A stretch of 64,000 bases of DNA from Chamaesiphon sp. (GTDB taxonomy: Bacteria > Cyanobacteriota > Cyanobacteriia > Cyanobacteriales > Chamaesiphonaceae), in assembly GCA_965246715.1 (NCBI GenBank), contig CBDFFH010000021.1, forward strand, positions 128,001-192,000, read 5' to 3'. Within the stretch, counting starts at the first letter, position 1. Every line of letters starts with the position of its first letter. Below the pieces are notes generated by a model, which worked only from the letters and a program-made list of their open reading frames with translations, was not told the origin of the DNA and made no database searches. Both the position numbers and the translations under genes were made by a program. Shown here piece by piece: positions 1 to 11,599 of the stretch.

Positions 1-231
1 TGCGATATTGAAATGCCACAGATGAATGGCTTTGAATTCCTTAGCCACTGTCGCCAGGATGCCAAATTTTCCCAAATCCCGATCTTCATGCTCACCACTC
101 GCGGCGGCCAAAAACATCGTCAATTAGCAATGACTTTAGGTGCCAAAGGTTATCTCACCAAACCTCAGTCCGAGAAAGACTTGCTAGATATCGTCGCTAA
201 GTTAGCGCAGCCTAGTGGAGTAGGAGTTTAG
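1..231 (+). CDS. C-terminal receiver domain of a hybrid CheA-like kinase (5'-partial, starts before the window)
   Basis: Frame 1 is open from base 1: CDIEMPQMNGFEFL...IPIFMLTTRGGQKHRQLA..LGAKGYLTKP. Closely parallels the REC tail of the CheA at 45642-50984 and is followed by a CheW-like gene. Confidence 0.8.
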   Translation, partial: CDIEMPQMNGFEFLSHCRQDAKFSQIPIFMLTTRGGQKHRQLAMTLGAKGYLTKPQSEKDLLDIVAKLAQPSGVGV

Positions 232-387
232 AGAGTAGGGGATAGGGGATAGTGACTAGTCACTATTTTCCCTAGTGGTTGTTGTCGGCGGGTCGGCACT
301 GCATGGTAGGGGATGTCAAGGATGTTCTAAACCTTATGAATATTTATGCCGACCATAATTCATAACTCATAATTCATAATTTTTACG

Positions 388-918
388 ATGCTAAATTCCT
401 CACTCGTACCGACACGCCTAGCTAGTATCGACGACGATGGCGATGCTTTTCGGACGATCGTTTTTTCGCTAGCAAATATCGAACAGACAGCAATGGGTAA
501 ATACCTATTTGCGATGCCTGTAGAATCGGTCGTCAAATCGATCGTTTATCCAGCCGAACGCCCGATGCTCAAAGATGGTATCGGGATGATTTATCTCGGC
601 GAAGAAACTGTCACGCTCGTCGATTTACGCCACAAGTTTACGACCATCGACTCGACGATCGACACCTCTGGATTTTTGGTATTATTTCATACCCACGCTG
701 GCGAACTGTGCGGTCTACCGATCTCCAAGGCTCCAGTCCTGATGGACATCTCGCTCACCACGATTCGTGCGCTCCCGCTGGCATATCGCGAAGTCAACCA
801 ACTAAATTTTGCCAGCCACATGGCGCTCGTCCCTCAAGGCGAGAACGTCGAACCATTACAAATCTTACTCCTCGGCATGAATCAACCATCCACCCGATCG
901 GCCCATCACCTCAACTAA
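388..918 (+). CDS. CheW-like chemotaxis adaptor
   Basis: YLFAMPVESVVK / GIGMIYLGEETVTLVDL / GELCGLPI..PVL pattern of cyanobacterial CheW-like proteins; lies downstream of the CheA tail. Confidence 0.65.
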   Translation: MLNSSLVPTRLASIDDDGDAFRTIVFSLANIEQTAMGKYLFAMPVESVVKSIVYPAERPMLKDGIGMIYLGEETVTLVDLRHKFTTIDSTIDTSGFLVLFHTHAGELCGLPISKAPVLMDISLTTIRALPLAYREVNQLNFASHMALVPQGENVEPLQILLLGMNQPSTRSAHHLN

Positions 919-1016
919 ATTACACTTGATTCTTCCGTTCTCCTTGCAGGAACCGTGCAACAAGACAGAGGAGCTAGGCGAGATCGGTCATCAGGATAAG
1001 GGAAACCCGATCGGGT

Positions 1017-1469
1017 CTAACTTTCAAACCCCTGCTGGATCTCCGCCATCACCTCAGCAGCCTCAACATCATCAATATCCAATACCGCCTGCAACTCCGT
1101 CAGGAAAGCCTGTCGATCGGTCGGCACAATGCCCGTCTCTGGGTCCATTCGCGTCAAAATCGCCGCAGCATAAGCATCGGGCACCAAATCGTCAGGGATC
1201 GCCTCATCGGCCGCATTAAACAATGCTCCCAGACCTTCATCAGTCCCGATCGCTGTCAAGCGATCGACCATTGCTAGTAAATCTTCATCTGAGTACTCTG
1301 CATATAAGTCAAAATCTGCCAGAATATCCAAGAAGAGATCGGGAGCGACCAACTCTTTCGGATTGTCTGCCAATGCTGCGATGAGTACCATTGCCGCCAA
1401 GCCTTCAGCTTCATTTAACGGTTCTTGGGCATATTCTTCGGCATTGAAGATGCTGTCATATTTTGCCAT
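1017..1469 (-). CDS. TerB-like (tellurite resistance family) acidic helical protein
   Basis: AEGLAAMVLIAALAD...AYAAAI...FLTELQAVLDIDDVEAAEVM pattern. The ORF extends to 1520; the start at MAKYDSIF is a judgement call. Confidence 0.6.
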   Translation of the reverse strand: MAKYDSIFNAEEYAQEPLNEAEGLAAMVLIAALADNPKELVAPDLFLDILADFDLYAEYSDEDLLAMVDRLTAIGTDEGLGALFNAADEAIPDDLVPDAYAAAILTRMDPETGIVPTDRQAFLTELQAVLDIDDVEAAEVMAEIQQGFES

Positions 1470-1558
1470 GTTCATACTTTTTCGATCGACTATCCTCTCG
1501 CTAGTCATACCAGATGCCACAGGTAAATGGAAGCGATAGAGATGTTCTGTAACAAAAA

Positions 1559-1700
1559 TAGGCTTTAGGGGTTAGGCTTTAGGCTTTAGGGATTGGGATT
1601 TTAGTTTGGACATGGCTCACCACCCAGCTTCATGTTCTAGGACGCTTGCGTCCCCCTAATTTCCTAAAGCCTAAAGCCCAAAGCCTAAAGCCTATCCCTA
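1559..1700. repeat. Inverted pair of heptamer tandem arrays (STRR-type)
   Basis: (taggctt)n at 1559-1591 faces (cctaaag)n at 1663-1700. Confidence 0.8.
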
Positions 1701-1932
1701 CCCCCTTGCCCATGCTTCCACCAAATGGGATGATGGTTAGCAATTGTTAAAATTAATGCAGATCTTTCTCCAGACATCAATTGTGGCACTTGCTCGTTAG
1801 ATCGATCGGAGATCGGCACAACCGAATCGCCCGCACTGCCATCAATGTAAGCATCGTTGCTGAGATCTCGAGCTGTATTTGCCTAGTGGTGCCGTGCCAC
1901 ATTTTAGCCAGTAGTTTAACCAAATATATATC

Positions 1933-3945
1933 ATGCCTGTAACCGCCCAATCTTTAGACCAACTTGCTATTAATTCAATTCGGTTTCTTGCTGTCGATGC
2001 GATCGAAAAAGCCAAGTCTGGACACCCAGGCTTACCGATGGGTGCGGCTCCCATGGCTTATGTGCTGTGGCAAAATTACATGCGTTACAATCCCAAGAAT
2101 CCGCAGTGGTTCAACCGCGATCGCTTCGTATTATCTGCGGGTCACGGTTCCATGCTTCAGTACGCCCTGTTGCATCTAACTGGCTACGATAGTGTCAGCA
2201 TCGAAGATATCAAAAACTTCCGTCAATGGGGTTCTAGCACCCCCGGACACCCCGAAAACTTTGAGACTGCTGGGATTGAAGTAACCACAGGGCCGTTGGG
2301 TCAAGGGATCGCTAACGGCGTTGGTTTGGCTGTTGCTGAAGCACATTTAGCTGCTAAATTCAACAAACCCGACGCTACCATCGTCGATCACTATACCTAT
2401 GTTATCGTCGGCGACGGTTGCAATATGGAAGGTATTTCCGGCGAAGCAGCTTCGATCGCGGGTCACTGGGGTCTGGGCAAACTGATCGTCTTGTACGATG
2501 ACAACCACATCTCGATCGATGGTTCGACTGATGTTGCCTTCACTGAAGATGTCTCGAAACGGTTTGAAGCTTACGGCTGGCATACCATCCACGTCAAAGA
2601 TGGGAACACAGACTTAGCTGCCATCTCCGCAGCCCTGGAAGAAGCCAAAAAAGTCACCGACAAACCCACGATGATTAAGGTGACGACCATCATCGGTTAT
2701 GGCTCCCCCAACAAATGCAACACTGCGGGCATCCACGGTGCGGCACTAGGTACCGACGAAGTAAAACTCACCCGCGAAAACCTCGGCTGGGAATACGCTC
2801 CCTTTGAATTACCCGCCGATGCTGTCGCTCACATGCGCGAAGCGATCGATCGTGGTGCCAAATATGAAGGGGAATGGGAAGCAACTTTAGCTACCTACAA
2901 ATCTAAATATCCTCAAGAAGCTGCTGAGTTTGAAAGTCTGATTTCTCGCAAACTCCCTGCTGGTTGGGATAGCGTCTTACCTACCTACACGCCTGCAGAT
3001 AGCGCCGTAGCTTCCCGCAAACACTCCGAAATCTGCCTGAATAAACTCGCTCCAGTTTTACCTGGTTTGATGGGTGGTTCGGCTGACTTAACTCACTCCA
3101 ACCTCACCGAACTCAAAGGTTTAGGTGACTTCCAAAAAGGCGCATTCCAAAATCGCAACGTCCACTTCGGCGTGCGCGAACATGCAATGGGTGCGATCTG
3201 TAATGGGATGGCACTCCACAACACTGGCTTGATTCCTTACGGGGCGACTTTCCTGATCTTCACCGACTATATGCGCGCGGCAATTCGCCTCTCGGCATTA
3301 TCTCAAGTTGGTGTCCTGTGGGTGATGACTCACGATTCGATCGGTCAAGGTGAAGATGGCCCCACGCACCAACCGATCGAAACGATCGCCTCCTTACGTG
3401 CGATCCCTAACCTGACAGTAATCCGTCCCGCCGATGGTAACGAAACTTCCGGTGCGTACAAAGTCGCGATCGAGTTAGCCAACAAGCAAGCGCCTACACT
3501 ATTAGCATTATCCCGTCAAAATCTTCCCAACTTAGCTGGGACTTCGATCGCGGGTGTTGCTAAAGGTGCATACACGATCGTTGACTCCCAAGGTACTCCC
3601 GACATCATCCTGATCGGTACTGGTTCCGAAGTCAGCCTGTGTGTCACCGCCGCTGAAAAACTCACCGCAGAAGGCAAAAAAGTCCGCGTTGTCTCGATGC
3701 CTTCATGGGAATTATTCGACGCTCAAGATGCCGCTTACCAAGAATCCGTCTTCCCCAAAGCCGTGACCAAACGCGTCGCTGTCGAAGCTGCTTGCAGCAT
3801 GGGTTGGCACCGTTTCGTCGGTATGGACGGCGGTTTAGTCACAGTCGATCGTTTCGGGGCTTCGGCTCCTGGTGGCGTAGTGATGGAGAAATATGGCTTC
3901 ACTGTTGATAACGTTGTTGCTACTGCCAAGAAAGTTTTAGGTTAA
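1933..3945 (+). CDS. tkt: Transketolase
   Basis: [30 protein letters not shown] (TPP binding), [16 protein letters not shown]; 670 aa. Confidence 0.98.
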   Translation: MPVTAQSLDQLAINSIRFLAVDAIEKAKSGHPGLPMGAAPMAYVLWQNYMRYNPKNPQWFNRDRFVLSAGHGSMLQYALLHLTGYDSVSIEDIKNFRQWGSSTPGHPENFETAGIEVTTGPLGQGIANGVGLAVAEAHLAAKFNKPDATIVDHYTYVIVGDGCNMEGISGEAASIAGHWGLGKLIVLYDDNHISIDGSTDVAFTEDVSKRFEAYGWHTIHVKDGNTDLAAISAALEEAKKVTDKPTMIKVTTIIGYGSPNKCNTAGIHGAALGTDEVKLTRENLGWEYAPFELPADAVAHMREAIDRGAKYEGEWEATLATYKSKYPQEAAEFESLISRKLPAGWDSVLPTYTPADSAVASRKHSEICLNKLAPVLPGLMGGSADLTHSNLTELKGLGDFQKGAFQNRNVHFGVREHAMGAICNGMALHNTGLIPYGATFLIFTDYMRAAIRLSALSQVGVLWVMTHDSIGQGEDGPTHQPIETIASLRAIPNLTVIRPADGNETSGAYKVAIELANKQAPTLLALSRQNLPNLAGTSIAGVAKGAYTIVDSQGTPDIILIGTGSEVSLCVTAAEKLTAEGKKVRVVSMPSWELFDAQDAAYQESVFPKAVTKRVAVEAACSMGWHRFVGMDGGLVTVDRFGASAPGGVVMEKYGFTVDNVVATAKKVLG

Positions 3946-3971
3946 ATTGTTAACCAACTAAATTGAGATCT

Positions 3972-4000
3972 AAAGGTGGGCTATATGCTCACCTTTTTTT
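3972..4000 (+). terminator. Intrinsic terminator of tkt
   Basis: aaaggtgggc-tatat-gctcaccttt hairpin running into a T-tract, just after the stop codon. Confidence 0.75.
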
Positions 4001-4048
4001 AGCACTTAAATTTAGCTAAAATGTATGGTACCTATTATTAGCCAAACT

Positions 4049-4192
4049 ATGACTTTCAGCGATTTAGTCGAAACTGTCAAAGATTTGTCGCTCGATGAGA
4101 AACAACAATTGCAAATGCTGTTACAACAATATCTCAGAGAAGAGCGGCGCGAAGAAATATATAAAAATTTGGCTCTCCAGCAGTTATGGTGA
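4049..4192 (+). pseudogene. Short or truncated antitoxin-like ORF (47 aa), not in the ORF track
   Basis: MTFSDLVETVKDLSLDEKQQLQMLLQQYLREERREEIYKNLALQQLW* resembles the N-terminus of small cyanobacterial TA antitoxin-like proteins. No toxin gene follows. Confidence 0.45.
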
Positions 4193-4421
4193 TAATTTAA
4201 AGTTATCACTTATAGAATCCTTGCTATGTAGGGATTCTACGTTAATATCAGAAATGAAGCGCTCGTCTTAGCCCCATTTCCCCCATACATCCACGAGAGC
4301 CTTGTGGCTATGCTCACGGCTGCAAGCCAGGTGATTAATGCACTTCATCATTAAAATTCTCAAAACAATATTTAGGAGCTTTCGGAAACCCAATTTCTTT
4401 AAAGAAGTCGGGTTTCTTGCC

Positions 4422-6104
4422 TCACAAGGGATGCTCGGATCGATCGAGATCTGGAATTAGCTCATCCAAGATCCGAAAGCGAATATGGTTGATGGCTAAA
4501 TCTCCTAATGAGAAATTTTCCGGCTTGTTATCGGCTTTCATTTTGGTAAAAGAGATCCCCTTGCCGATTTCGGTGTGGTACCAGGATAAACCCATAAAAA
4601 ATCGCTGAGGATATGGCCCACGTTCGATCGTATCGTCCACATTCGATTCCATCGGCAACCAACCGATCCCAGGGACATAAAACTCGATCCAGACATGGTT
4701 AAAATCGGGTTCTAGGGGTAGGTAACGTCGATCGGCATAGGGAGGACATTTGTAACGTCCGATCGTCCGACAGGCAATGCCATTGAGGCGGGCGAGGGCG
4801 AGTAAGATGCCCACATATTCACCACAGGAACCAGTACCGCGCGACAGGGCGATATCTGGGGTATCGATCTTGGGCTGAATACCATAGGACATGCGATCGT
4901 AAACATAGTTACGAATTTTGAGCATCTTTCGCAGCACGTTTGTCTCAGTGCCGACTGCTTCTTTTGCCGCTTGACGGATCGTGTCTGTGTCCATCGCCAA
5001 TTCATCGTCATCGACCAAGTAACGTTGGGCGAATTCGACTGGGAGGGTTAAACTCGCATCGATATCGTTAGGTTCTAAATGATACTTCAGGCCATACATT
5101 TCAACTATTACTTTCCAGCCAAGTAGTCCGCTTTGATGTGGTAACAGTCGATCGAATTTAAATACGGCAACTTTTTGCCCATCCTGTTCTTCGATCGTAC
5201 ACTCGCGACCGATCGGTTCGATGTGGCGAATCCGCTGGCGGAGTGTTTCCGATGGCAGGGCAATCCGCCATTCGACGTTATCGAGCGTGACAGCATCGAG
5301 TGGTAGTAATTCTTCTGCGTAGGAAAATTCGACTAAATAACCATTAGAAAGCGTGTAACGTTCTGTGGGATTGTGGTGAATATATAGCGGGTGAATGAAG
5401 GTGCGATCGCGAAATGTCAGTTGGAACGGGTTCTTGGAATTTGGATCGTCACGAATGTATGGTTCTTCATCGGCATAGACAACATAGCAAGTTGGCTCTA
5501 CTGCCTCTGTAGCTGAATAAAATCCAATTCCAGTTGGCGAGCTAAATGGTGTCAGAGCACTGTACTGAATCGCTCCGGTAGTGCGATCGAGGCAATAGAC
5601 GGTTTGCTCCTGGCGATCGCAAACCCATAATGCATTACCAAGCAGTGTCAGGGTTTCCGTCCCGACACCAGGTTGTGAAAATCTACCGATTTCTTTGCCC
5701 GTATCGCGATCGAATGTATAGATATATCCAGCTTTCTGACAACTGACATATACCATTGCTTCCCAGACTGCTATCCCTGTTACTGGATAGGGAAGCCGTG
5801 TAAATACTGTTGGTGTGAGGGTTTGGCGGTCGCACCACAACACCTCTTGTCCTTTTGCAAACCAGAACTTATCTCGATCCAGAGCGATCCCAGTTACCCC
5901 TAGCCAATCTGCAACGTGATGCGGGTTGAGGACGATCGAGTTATTGGTAAGGGGATCGATCGACATCAAATAGCCCCGTACCGTATCCACACTGAGGAAT
6001 CGATTGCTATCGATCGCGAGTCCTGACAAGGCATAAACACCGATCGGGCGAATGGTTGAATGCTGGGATGCAGCATCTGAAAACCCGCATTCAGACTTCG
6101 GCAT
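4422..6104 (-). CDS. Transglutaminase-like domain protein with N-terminal beta-propeller
   Basis: C-terminal GSCGEY and NHVWIEFYVPGIGWLPME catalytic motifs. N-terminal repeats of G(I/L)A plus aromatic strands suggest a propeller. Confidence 0.85.
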   Translation of the reverse strand: MPKSECGFSDAASQHSTIRPIGVYALSGLAIDSNRFLSVDTVRGYLMSIDPLTNNSIVLNPHHVADWLGVTGIALDRDKFWFAKGQEVLWCDRQTLTPTVFTRLPYPVTGIAVWEAMVYVSCQKAGYIYTFDRDTGKEIGRFSQPGVGTETLTLLGNALWVCDRQEQTVYCLDRTTGAIQYSALTPFSSPTGIGFYSATEAVEPTCYVVYADEEPYIRDDPNSKNPFQLTFRDRTFIHPLYIHHNPTERYTLSNGYLVEFSYAEELLPLDAVTLDNVEWRIALPSETLRQRIRHIEPIGRECTIEEQDGQKVAVFKFDRLLPHQSGLLGWKVIVEMYGLKYHLEPNDIDASLTLPVEFAQRYLVDDDELAMDTDTIRQAAKEAVGTETNVLRKMLKIRNYVYDRMSYGIQPKIDTPDIALSRGTGSCGEYVGILLALARLNGIACRTIGRYKCPPYADRRYLPLEPDFNHVWIEFYVPGIGWLPMESNVDDTIERGPYPQRFFMGLSWYHTEIGKGISFTKMKADNKPENFSLGDLAINHIRFRILDELIPDLDRSEHPL

Positions 6105-6258
6105 AAATTAACTGCTCGCGACGTTGACCGACTATTGATGTCTCTTATATTAACATCTCGCTCGTTCTCTATGCGCGCTAAAATTATTTGCCGGCTCTAG
6201 TTTTCAGCTTCAGAGTCAGATTATACTTGGATGCTAAGTCCTTTATCTCGACTTCCAA

Positions 6259-6483
6259 ATGAAAGTTTTGTATGACCCAGACAATGATATTTTACAAATT
6301 ACTTTAATCGATACCACCGTTGAAGAAACAGCTCAAATAGCGCCAGGATTGGTGTTGGATTATGACGTAGATGGCAATGTCATCGGACTGGAACTCAGAA
6401 AAGCTTCGACAAAGGTGGATAGCCCCTATGCTATTTCCTATCTCGTTGGTGAAGCAAACTTTGATAAGCCCCAGCTCAAATAA
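6259..6483 (+). CDS. DUF2283-family small protein
   Basis: MKVLYDPDNDILQI...GLVLDYDVDGNVIGLEL..AS signature. Confidence 0.75.
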   Translation: MKVLYDPDNDILQITLIDTTVEETAQIAPGLVLDYDVDGNVIGLELRKASTKVDSPYAISYLVGEANFDKPQLK

Positions 6484-6502
6484 AGGTTAGGCTCGCTAGA
6501 TC

Positions 6503-6724
6503 TCAATCATTAACCCAACATTCTGTGCCGACTAAATCGGTGATGTGGTCTCGCAATAAATATTCGTGCAGGTTGAGTAGCTGCTCGGCGTTGTGCCATG
6601 CGCGATCGCCAAAATATCCCCTCAACTCATAGATCCGTTGTTGACGACCCACCACTCCACGTGTCACTAGAGCACGTATTTCATCTTGAAAATCAGCGAT
6701 CGAGTATTTTTCGATGACTAGCAT
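6503..6724 (-). CDS. DUF4327-family cyanobacterial protein
   Basis: YSI..FQDE.RALV..GVVGRQQRIY...YLLRDHITDLVG.ECW.ND signature. Confidence 0.72.
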   Translation of the reverse strand: MLVIEKYSIADFQDEIRALVTRGVVGRQQRIYELRGYFGDRAWHNAEQLLNLHEYLLRDHITDLVGTECWVND

Positions 6725-7178
6725 ATTTGTTTTCCCGCAGAGGAATTGAAATAATATTTTGATAGAGCAAACAGATGTTCGATCGATTCAATCCGTAAAT
6801 GTATCATGATTAGACTGATTTGACGGATCTGAATGAAGTCTGCACGCTTTATATTGATAACTGTATTGTAAGCTACTAATCCCCAAAAAGATTGCGTGAA
6901 TTCACTATTTTATGAAAATTAAATAGTATCGCTCTCAAAGACAAGTTAAATTGATTGAGATCGGCAGGATTTAGGATGTTAGATGCCAATTAAATTATTC
7001 GATCGGAGGATGTTAAAATATTCGCATAGAAAATTTAGCACGATCGCGCTCGATCGCTATAGATTTTGCTCCAGAATCGGAATGCTTCAGACACCGACAA
7101 TCGATCGTCAAGGCATTAAGATATCGTGATGCCATAAGATCGCATCGCCAGCCCCATTCAATAAATCTTGATTTAAAC

Positions 7179-9281
7179 ATGATTGATACAGTGCGAATCT
7201 TGATGTGTGCTCCGCACCATTACGACGTTGATTACGTGATTAATCCGTGGATGGAAGGTAATATTCATCGCTCGTCGCGGGATCTAGCAGAAGCGCAATG
7301 GAATCAGCTTTATGAAGTACTAAAAACTTATGCGACGATCGATCTGGTCGAACCTCAACCAGGATGGCCAGATATGGTATTTGCAGCCAATGCGGGCTTG
7401 ATATTGGGCGATGCAGTCGTCCTCAGCCGCTTTTTCCACCCCGAGCGTCAGGGTGAAGAGCAATATTTTCAACAATGGTTTGAATCGCAGGGCTACACGG
7501 TGCATCTGCTACCCAAAAGTTTGCCGTTTGAAGGCGCGGGGGATGCGCTGCTAGATCGATCGGGTGGCTGGTTGTGGGCGGGTTATGGCTTTCGATCGGA
7601 ACTCGATTCTCACCCTTATTTAGCCAAGTGGTTGGACGTTGAGGTGTTGTCCCTCAGACTGGTGGATCGGCGGTTTTATCACCTCGACACCTGTTTTTGT
7701 CCGCTGACGGATGGTTATCTGTTGTATTACCCTGCGGCATTCGATACTTATTCCAATCGCACGATCGAATTGCGGGTGCCAGCAGAAAAACGTATTCCGA
7801 TAAACGAAGTGGATGCGATCGAGTTTGCCTGCAATACGGTGAATATCGGTCGAGTGGTGGTAATGAATAAAGCCAGCGACTCGCTCAAGCAGATCTTGCA
7901 GGAGCGCGGTTTTACAGTCGTCGAAACGCCACTAACAGAATTTCTGAAAGCTGGTGGAGCGGCGAAGTGTTTGACCCTAAGGGTAACAGAATCGCGGGCA
8001 GTGGCTCCCCATGCCTCAGCGTTGCAAAGCCGGACGATCTCACTCGAAGGTCACTTATTAGATTCTGGCCTGGTAAATCGCGCGCTAGATACGATCGTCG
8101 CAGGGGGCGGCAGTTTTCAAGTCCTGAACTTCAAGCTCGGCGAGCAACGCCTGGATACTTCAGTAGCAGAGGTCAAAGTCTCTGCACCAGATCCGGCAGT
8201 GATGGCCGATATTATGGGACAATTGATCGACCTAGGTGCGGAGAGCGTACCCGAGGAAACCTCCGCAGCGCATTTAGAGGCAGTGATTCAGCCTGGTGTC
8301 GCGCCTGATGATTTTTATGCGACAACGATCTATCCTACGGAAGTATCGATCGACGGGCAATGGGTAAAAGTCCGCGAACAACGCATGGATGGTGCGATCG
8401 CGGTGACACAGACCCCCGACGGTGCAGTCGCTCGCTGTAAGCTGTTGCGCGAGCTTCAGCTCGGTGAATCTGTAGTAGTCGGCAGCGAAGGCATCCGTAC
8501 CAAACGGAATACCACGACGCTCAAGCAGAGCGCGACCGAAGAATTCAGCTTCATGGGCGCAGGAGTTTCCAGCGAGCGGCGGGTAGAACTAGTCGTCGAA
8601 CAAATTGCCTGGGACTTGCGCCGCATTAGGGATCGAGGCGGTAAAGTCGCGATCGTCGCTGGGCCAGTGGTGATTCATACTGGTGGTAGCGAACACTTAA
8701 ACAAATTGATTCGGGAGGGTTACGTCCACGCGCTACTTGGGGGCAATGCGATCGCGGTTCACGATATCGAGCAGTCGCTAATGGGTACTTCGCTCGGTGT
8801 CGATATGCAACGGGGGGTGTCCGTGCATGGCGGTCATCGCCATCACCTCAAGGCGATCAATACGATCCGCCGCTGCGGTAGCATCGCCAAAGCAGTCGAA
8901 CAGGGGGTACTGCGGAGCGGTGTGATGTATGAATGCGTCAAAAATAATGTTCCGTTCTCGCTAGCCGGATCGATTCGGGATGATGGCCCACTCCCAGATA
9001 CCAAGATGGATCTGATCGAAGCCCAAAAAGAATATGCTCGGTTAATTGAAGGTGCCGACCTGATCTTGATGCTATCGAGTATGTTGCACTCGATCGGGGT
9101 GGGAAATATGACTCCAGCAGGGGTGAAAATGGTCTGTGTAGATATCAATCCGGCGGTAGTGACCAAACTCAGCGATCGTGGCTCGATCGAGTCGATCGGG
9201 GTTGTAACGGATGTCGGGTTGTTTCTGAGTCTATTGGTGCAACAACTCAACAAACTAACTGGAACATACGATCGGGTTTAA
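7179..9281 (+). CDS. argZ: Arginine dihydrolase / ornithine cyclodeaminase (ArgZ/AgrE)
   Basis: N-terminal amidinotransferase-fold domain (YVINPWM, DMVFAAN, FEGAGD, FYHLDTCF, EFLKAGGAAKCL), then LOR/SDH-like middle and C-terminal domains (APDDFYATT, GGNAIAVHDIE, AGSIRDDGPLP); 700 aa. Confidence 0.92.
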   Translation: MIDTVRILMCAPHHYDVDYVINPWMEGNIHRSSRDLAEAQWNQLYEVLKTYATIDLVEPQPGWPDMVFAANAGLILGDAVVLSRFFHPERQGEEQYFQQWFESQGYTVHLLPKSLPFEGAGDALLDRSGGWLWAGYGFRSELDSHPYLAKWLDVEVLSLRLVDRRFYHLDTCFCPLTDGYLLYYPAAFDTYSNRTIELRVPAEKRIPINEVDAIEFACNTVNIGRVVVMNKASDSLKQILQERGFTVVETPLTEFLKAGGAAKCLTLRVTESRAVAPHASALQSRTISLEGHLLDSGLVNRALDTIVAGGGSFQVLNFKLGEQRLDTSVAEVKVSAPDPAVMADIMGQLIDLGAESVPEETSAAHLEAVIQPGVAPDDFYATTIYPTEVSIDGQWVKVREQRMDGAIAVTQTPDGAVARCKLLRELQLGESVVVGSEGIRTKRNTTTLKQSATEEFSFMGAGVSSERRVELVVEQIAWDLRRIRDRGGKVAIVAGPVVIHTGGSEHLNKLIREGYVHALLGGNAIAVHDIEQSLMGTSLGVDMQRGVSVHGGHRHHLKAINTIRRCGSIAKAVEQGVLRSGVMYECVKNNVPFSLAGSIRDDGPLPDTKMDLIEAQKEYARLIEGADLILMLSSMLHSIGVGNMTPAGVKMVCVDINPAVVTKLSDRGSIESIGVVTDVGLFLSLLVQQLNKLTGTYDRV

Positions 9282-10119
9282 TTTACTTCTTTTACTCGAT
9301 CGACACCATCGATCGAGTATTTGGTTAATGGTGTTGATTCAGATTATCGATCGCGGCTAGATATTTAGATGTCTGAGTAGCGCATCATCGATAAGCGGAC
9401 AGGCGTTCAAATCGATCGTTCGATCGTCGATTATTAAGCTCGCAAATAATTCTCAAATATTTGCTATGACTAGCCACTAGCCACAAACAAGTCTGAAGAC
9501 TCCGAGCTTAAACTTGCAGTTTTAATTGATGCTGACAACACTCAAGCTGCAATTATCAAAAATTTATTAGAAGAGATTGCTAAATTTGGAGTTGCCAGTG
9601 TCAAGCGAATTTACGGAGACTGGACGCAACCTCAGTTAAGTACTTGGAAAAAGGTATTACTCGAACTTTCGATCCAGCCAGTACAGCAGTTTGCTTATAC
9701 CAAAGGTAAAAATGCTACCGATAGTGCATTAATTATCGATGCCATGGATTTGTTATATACCAGACGATTTGATGGATTTTGTTTGGTTTCTAGCGATAGT
9801 GATTTTACGCGCCTTACCGCTAGATTGAGAGAGGAAGGCCTGACTGTCTATGGATTTGGTGAGAAAAAAACGCCAGAGCCATTTGTCGCTGCCTGCGATA
9901 AATTTATCTATACAGAATTATTACGTCCGATCGAAGAACTAAAGACAAATCCAGAATTATCAGATTCTTCAAAAGTGTCTAGCAATGAAAATGTTCCAAT
10001 CGACCTAATCGTCAAAGCTGTCGATGACGTTTTTGAAGATAATGGTTGGGCACATCTAGGTAGCGTAGGAAGCAATATTAACAAAATTTGACCAGAATTC
10101 GATCCAAGATTGTATGGAC

Positions 10120-11599
10120 TACCCCTGTTAAGGTGACAAAAGCATGACTAAGTAGTGAGGAGCCGAAAAGTAGCAATATGAGGATGTTTGGGGTCATACT
10201 TCTTCTTTGTGGGCGGCTTTTTTGCTCCTCGTGGGGACGACAAGAAACGTTTGAGATTCACATGACTTGCACATGCTCGCAAAAACTCCGCTAACAAAAG
10301 CACACTCATGTGTGCAAAAGGTTGCCAATCCTCAGCACAGATCGCAATCTCCATCCCTCGAAAAGTTGACTGGACTTCTTCAACCACATAATAATTGGAT
10401 AAGCTCGACTCAATTTTTCCGGCACCATGAACATCTTTAAGCGCAGCTTTAACCGTAGATAGAATGTTAAACGCCATCAGTGCTATACAAAAAACGCACA
10501 ATGCCGCTTTGGGATAACCCAATGTCTTGAGTTCACAATTAAAAGTATCAGTAATAACTTGGAACATCTGTTCGATTTGCCATCGATTGAGGTAAAGATC
10601 TGCCACCATGATGGCTGTCACCTCTGTCTGAGGCAAATTAGTTAACACTGTTACTTGTAAATCGCCATGACGAGTTGAGTGTTTCAGTTGAATCGTCACT
10701 CGGCGGACAAAAAGACCACTATCGAGTCGAACCTGTTGCTCGAAAATAGTGCCACTGTCATTTTGCCCAACTGCCAATCTTGGTGTTATTTCCGTCCATT
10801 TCAAACCCAGGTGCTCTCGAATCACAAAACTGGCTCCATGTGTACTAATACCAGTCAAAAAGTCCTTGGTGCAAAAATTCCGGTCAGCAATCCATACTTG
10901 CCCTGCTTTGACCGTTTCGAGCACTAATGGTAGCAACGATCGCTCTTGAGCGTGAGCATCTTCTTCTGGAAATACATCCACGACCATTTCTCGCTGCGGG
11001 TCTAGTACCGCGATTGCTTGTCCTGGCAAGGCTCCTGCAACTTCTGGTCGTAATACCTTTAGTCGATGTTCTGTGCCCCCGATATGATTCCCATCAATGA
11101 TTCTGACTTCGGATCCTGGTAAGACGACCTTAATTGCTTGAGTAAATTCTGTGACTACTGAGGAAAGTTGTTCGCCACTATACCGCACCAATGCCTGAGA
11201 CAAATTAGGTTCTAGCCCATTGATTTTGGCATACAAGGATACTTTCGACACCCCCACTACTTTCTCGAATGCTTTGTAAGCGGCACCCACTGATGGATAA
11301 ATTCCGCAGACGACTAAGCTCATGATTCCGACTACGTTTGAGAATAAGAGTTCTCTGGTGTACTGCCGCTCGGCAGTGTCTTCAAACAACCGCTCTAGTT
11401 GCTCTGTGGCAAAGATTCTTTCCATAATTGCTCTTACCATCACTGTCAAAGGTGTCTGTTCTACAAATCTCTCAAAGATGTCACTAATCATCTTCAATTC
11501 CCTCACTCTGCTTAGGTTTTCAGCTTTCGAGTCAGATTATACTCGGCTTTTATGCCCTTTGAGACTCTACCAGTACAACAGCTCACCTTAACAGGGGTA
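10120..11599 (-). mobile_element. IS4-family insertion sequence (1480 bp)
   Basis: Perfect 17-bp terminal inverted repeats tacccctgttaaggtga / tcaccttaacaggggta. 10-bp target duplication ttgtatggac at 10110-10119 and 11600-11609. Confidence 0.95.
10148..11506 (-). CDS. IS4-family DDE transposase
   Basis: IIDGNH, WIADRNF and LYLNRWQIEQMF (Y-x2-R-x3-E) motifs; intact 452-aa ORF inside the inverted repeats. Confidence 0.92.
   Translation of the reverse strand: MRELKMISDIFERFVEQTPLTVMVRAIMERIFATEQLERLFEDTAERQYTRELLFSNVVGIMSLVVCGIYPSVGAAYKAFEKVVGVSKVSLYAKINGLEPNLSQALVRYSGEQLSSVVTEFTQAIKVVLPGSEVRIIDGNHIGGTEHRLKVLRPEVAGALPGQAIAVLDPQREMVVDVFPEEDAHAQERSLLPLVLETVKAGQVWIADRNFCTKDFLTGISTHGASFVIREHLGLKWTEITPRLAVGQNDSGTIFEQQVRLDSGLFVRRVTIQLKHSTRHGDLQVTVLTNLPQTEVTAIMVADLYLNRWQIEQMFQVITDTFNCELKTLGYPKAALCVFCIALMAFNILSTVKAALKDVHGAGKIESSLSNYYVVEEVQSTFRGMEIAICAEDWQPFAHMSVLLLAEFLRACASHVNLKRFLSSPRGAKKPPTKKKYDPKHPHIATFRLLTT

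Noticed and set aside
6863..6876. GTA-N8-TAC between DUF4327 and argZ as a definite NtcA promoter
   Set aside because: No TAN3T at about 22 nt in either direction and the motif is frequent by chance; mentioned only as supporting context.
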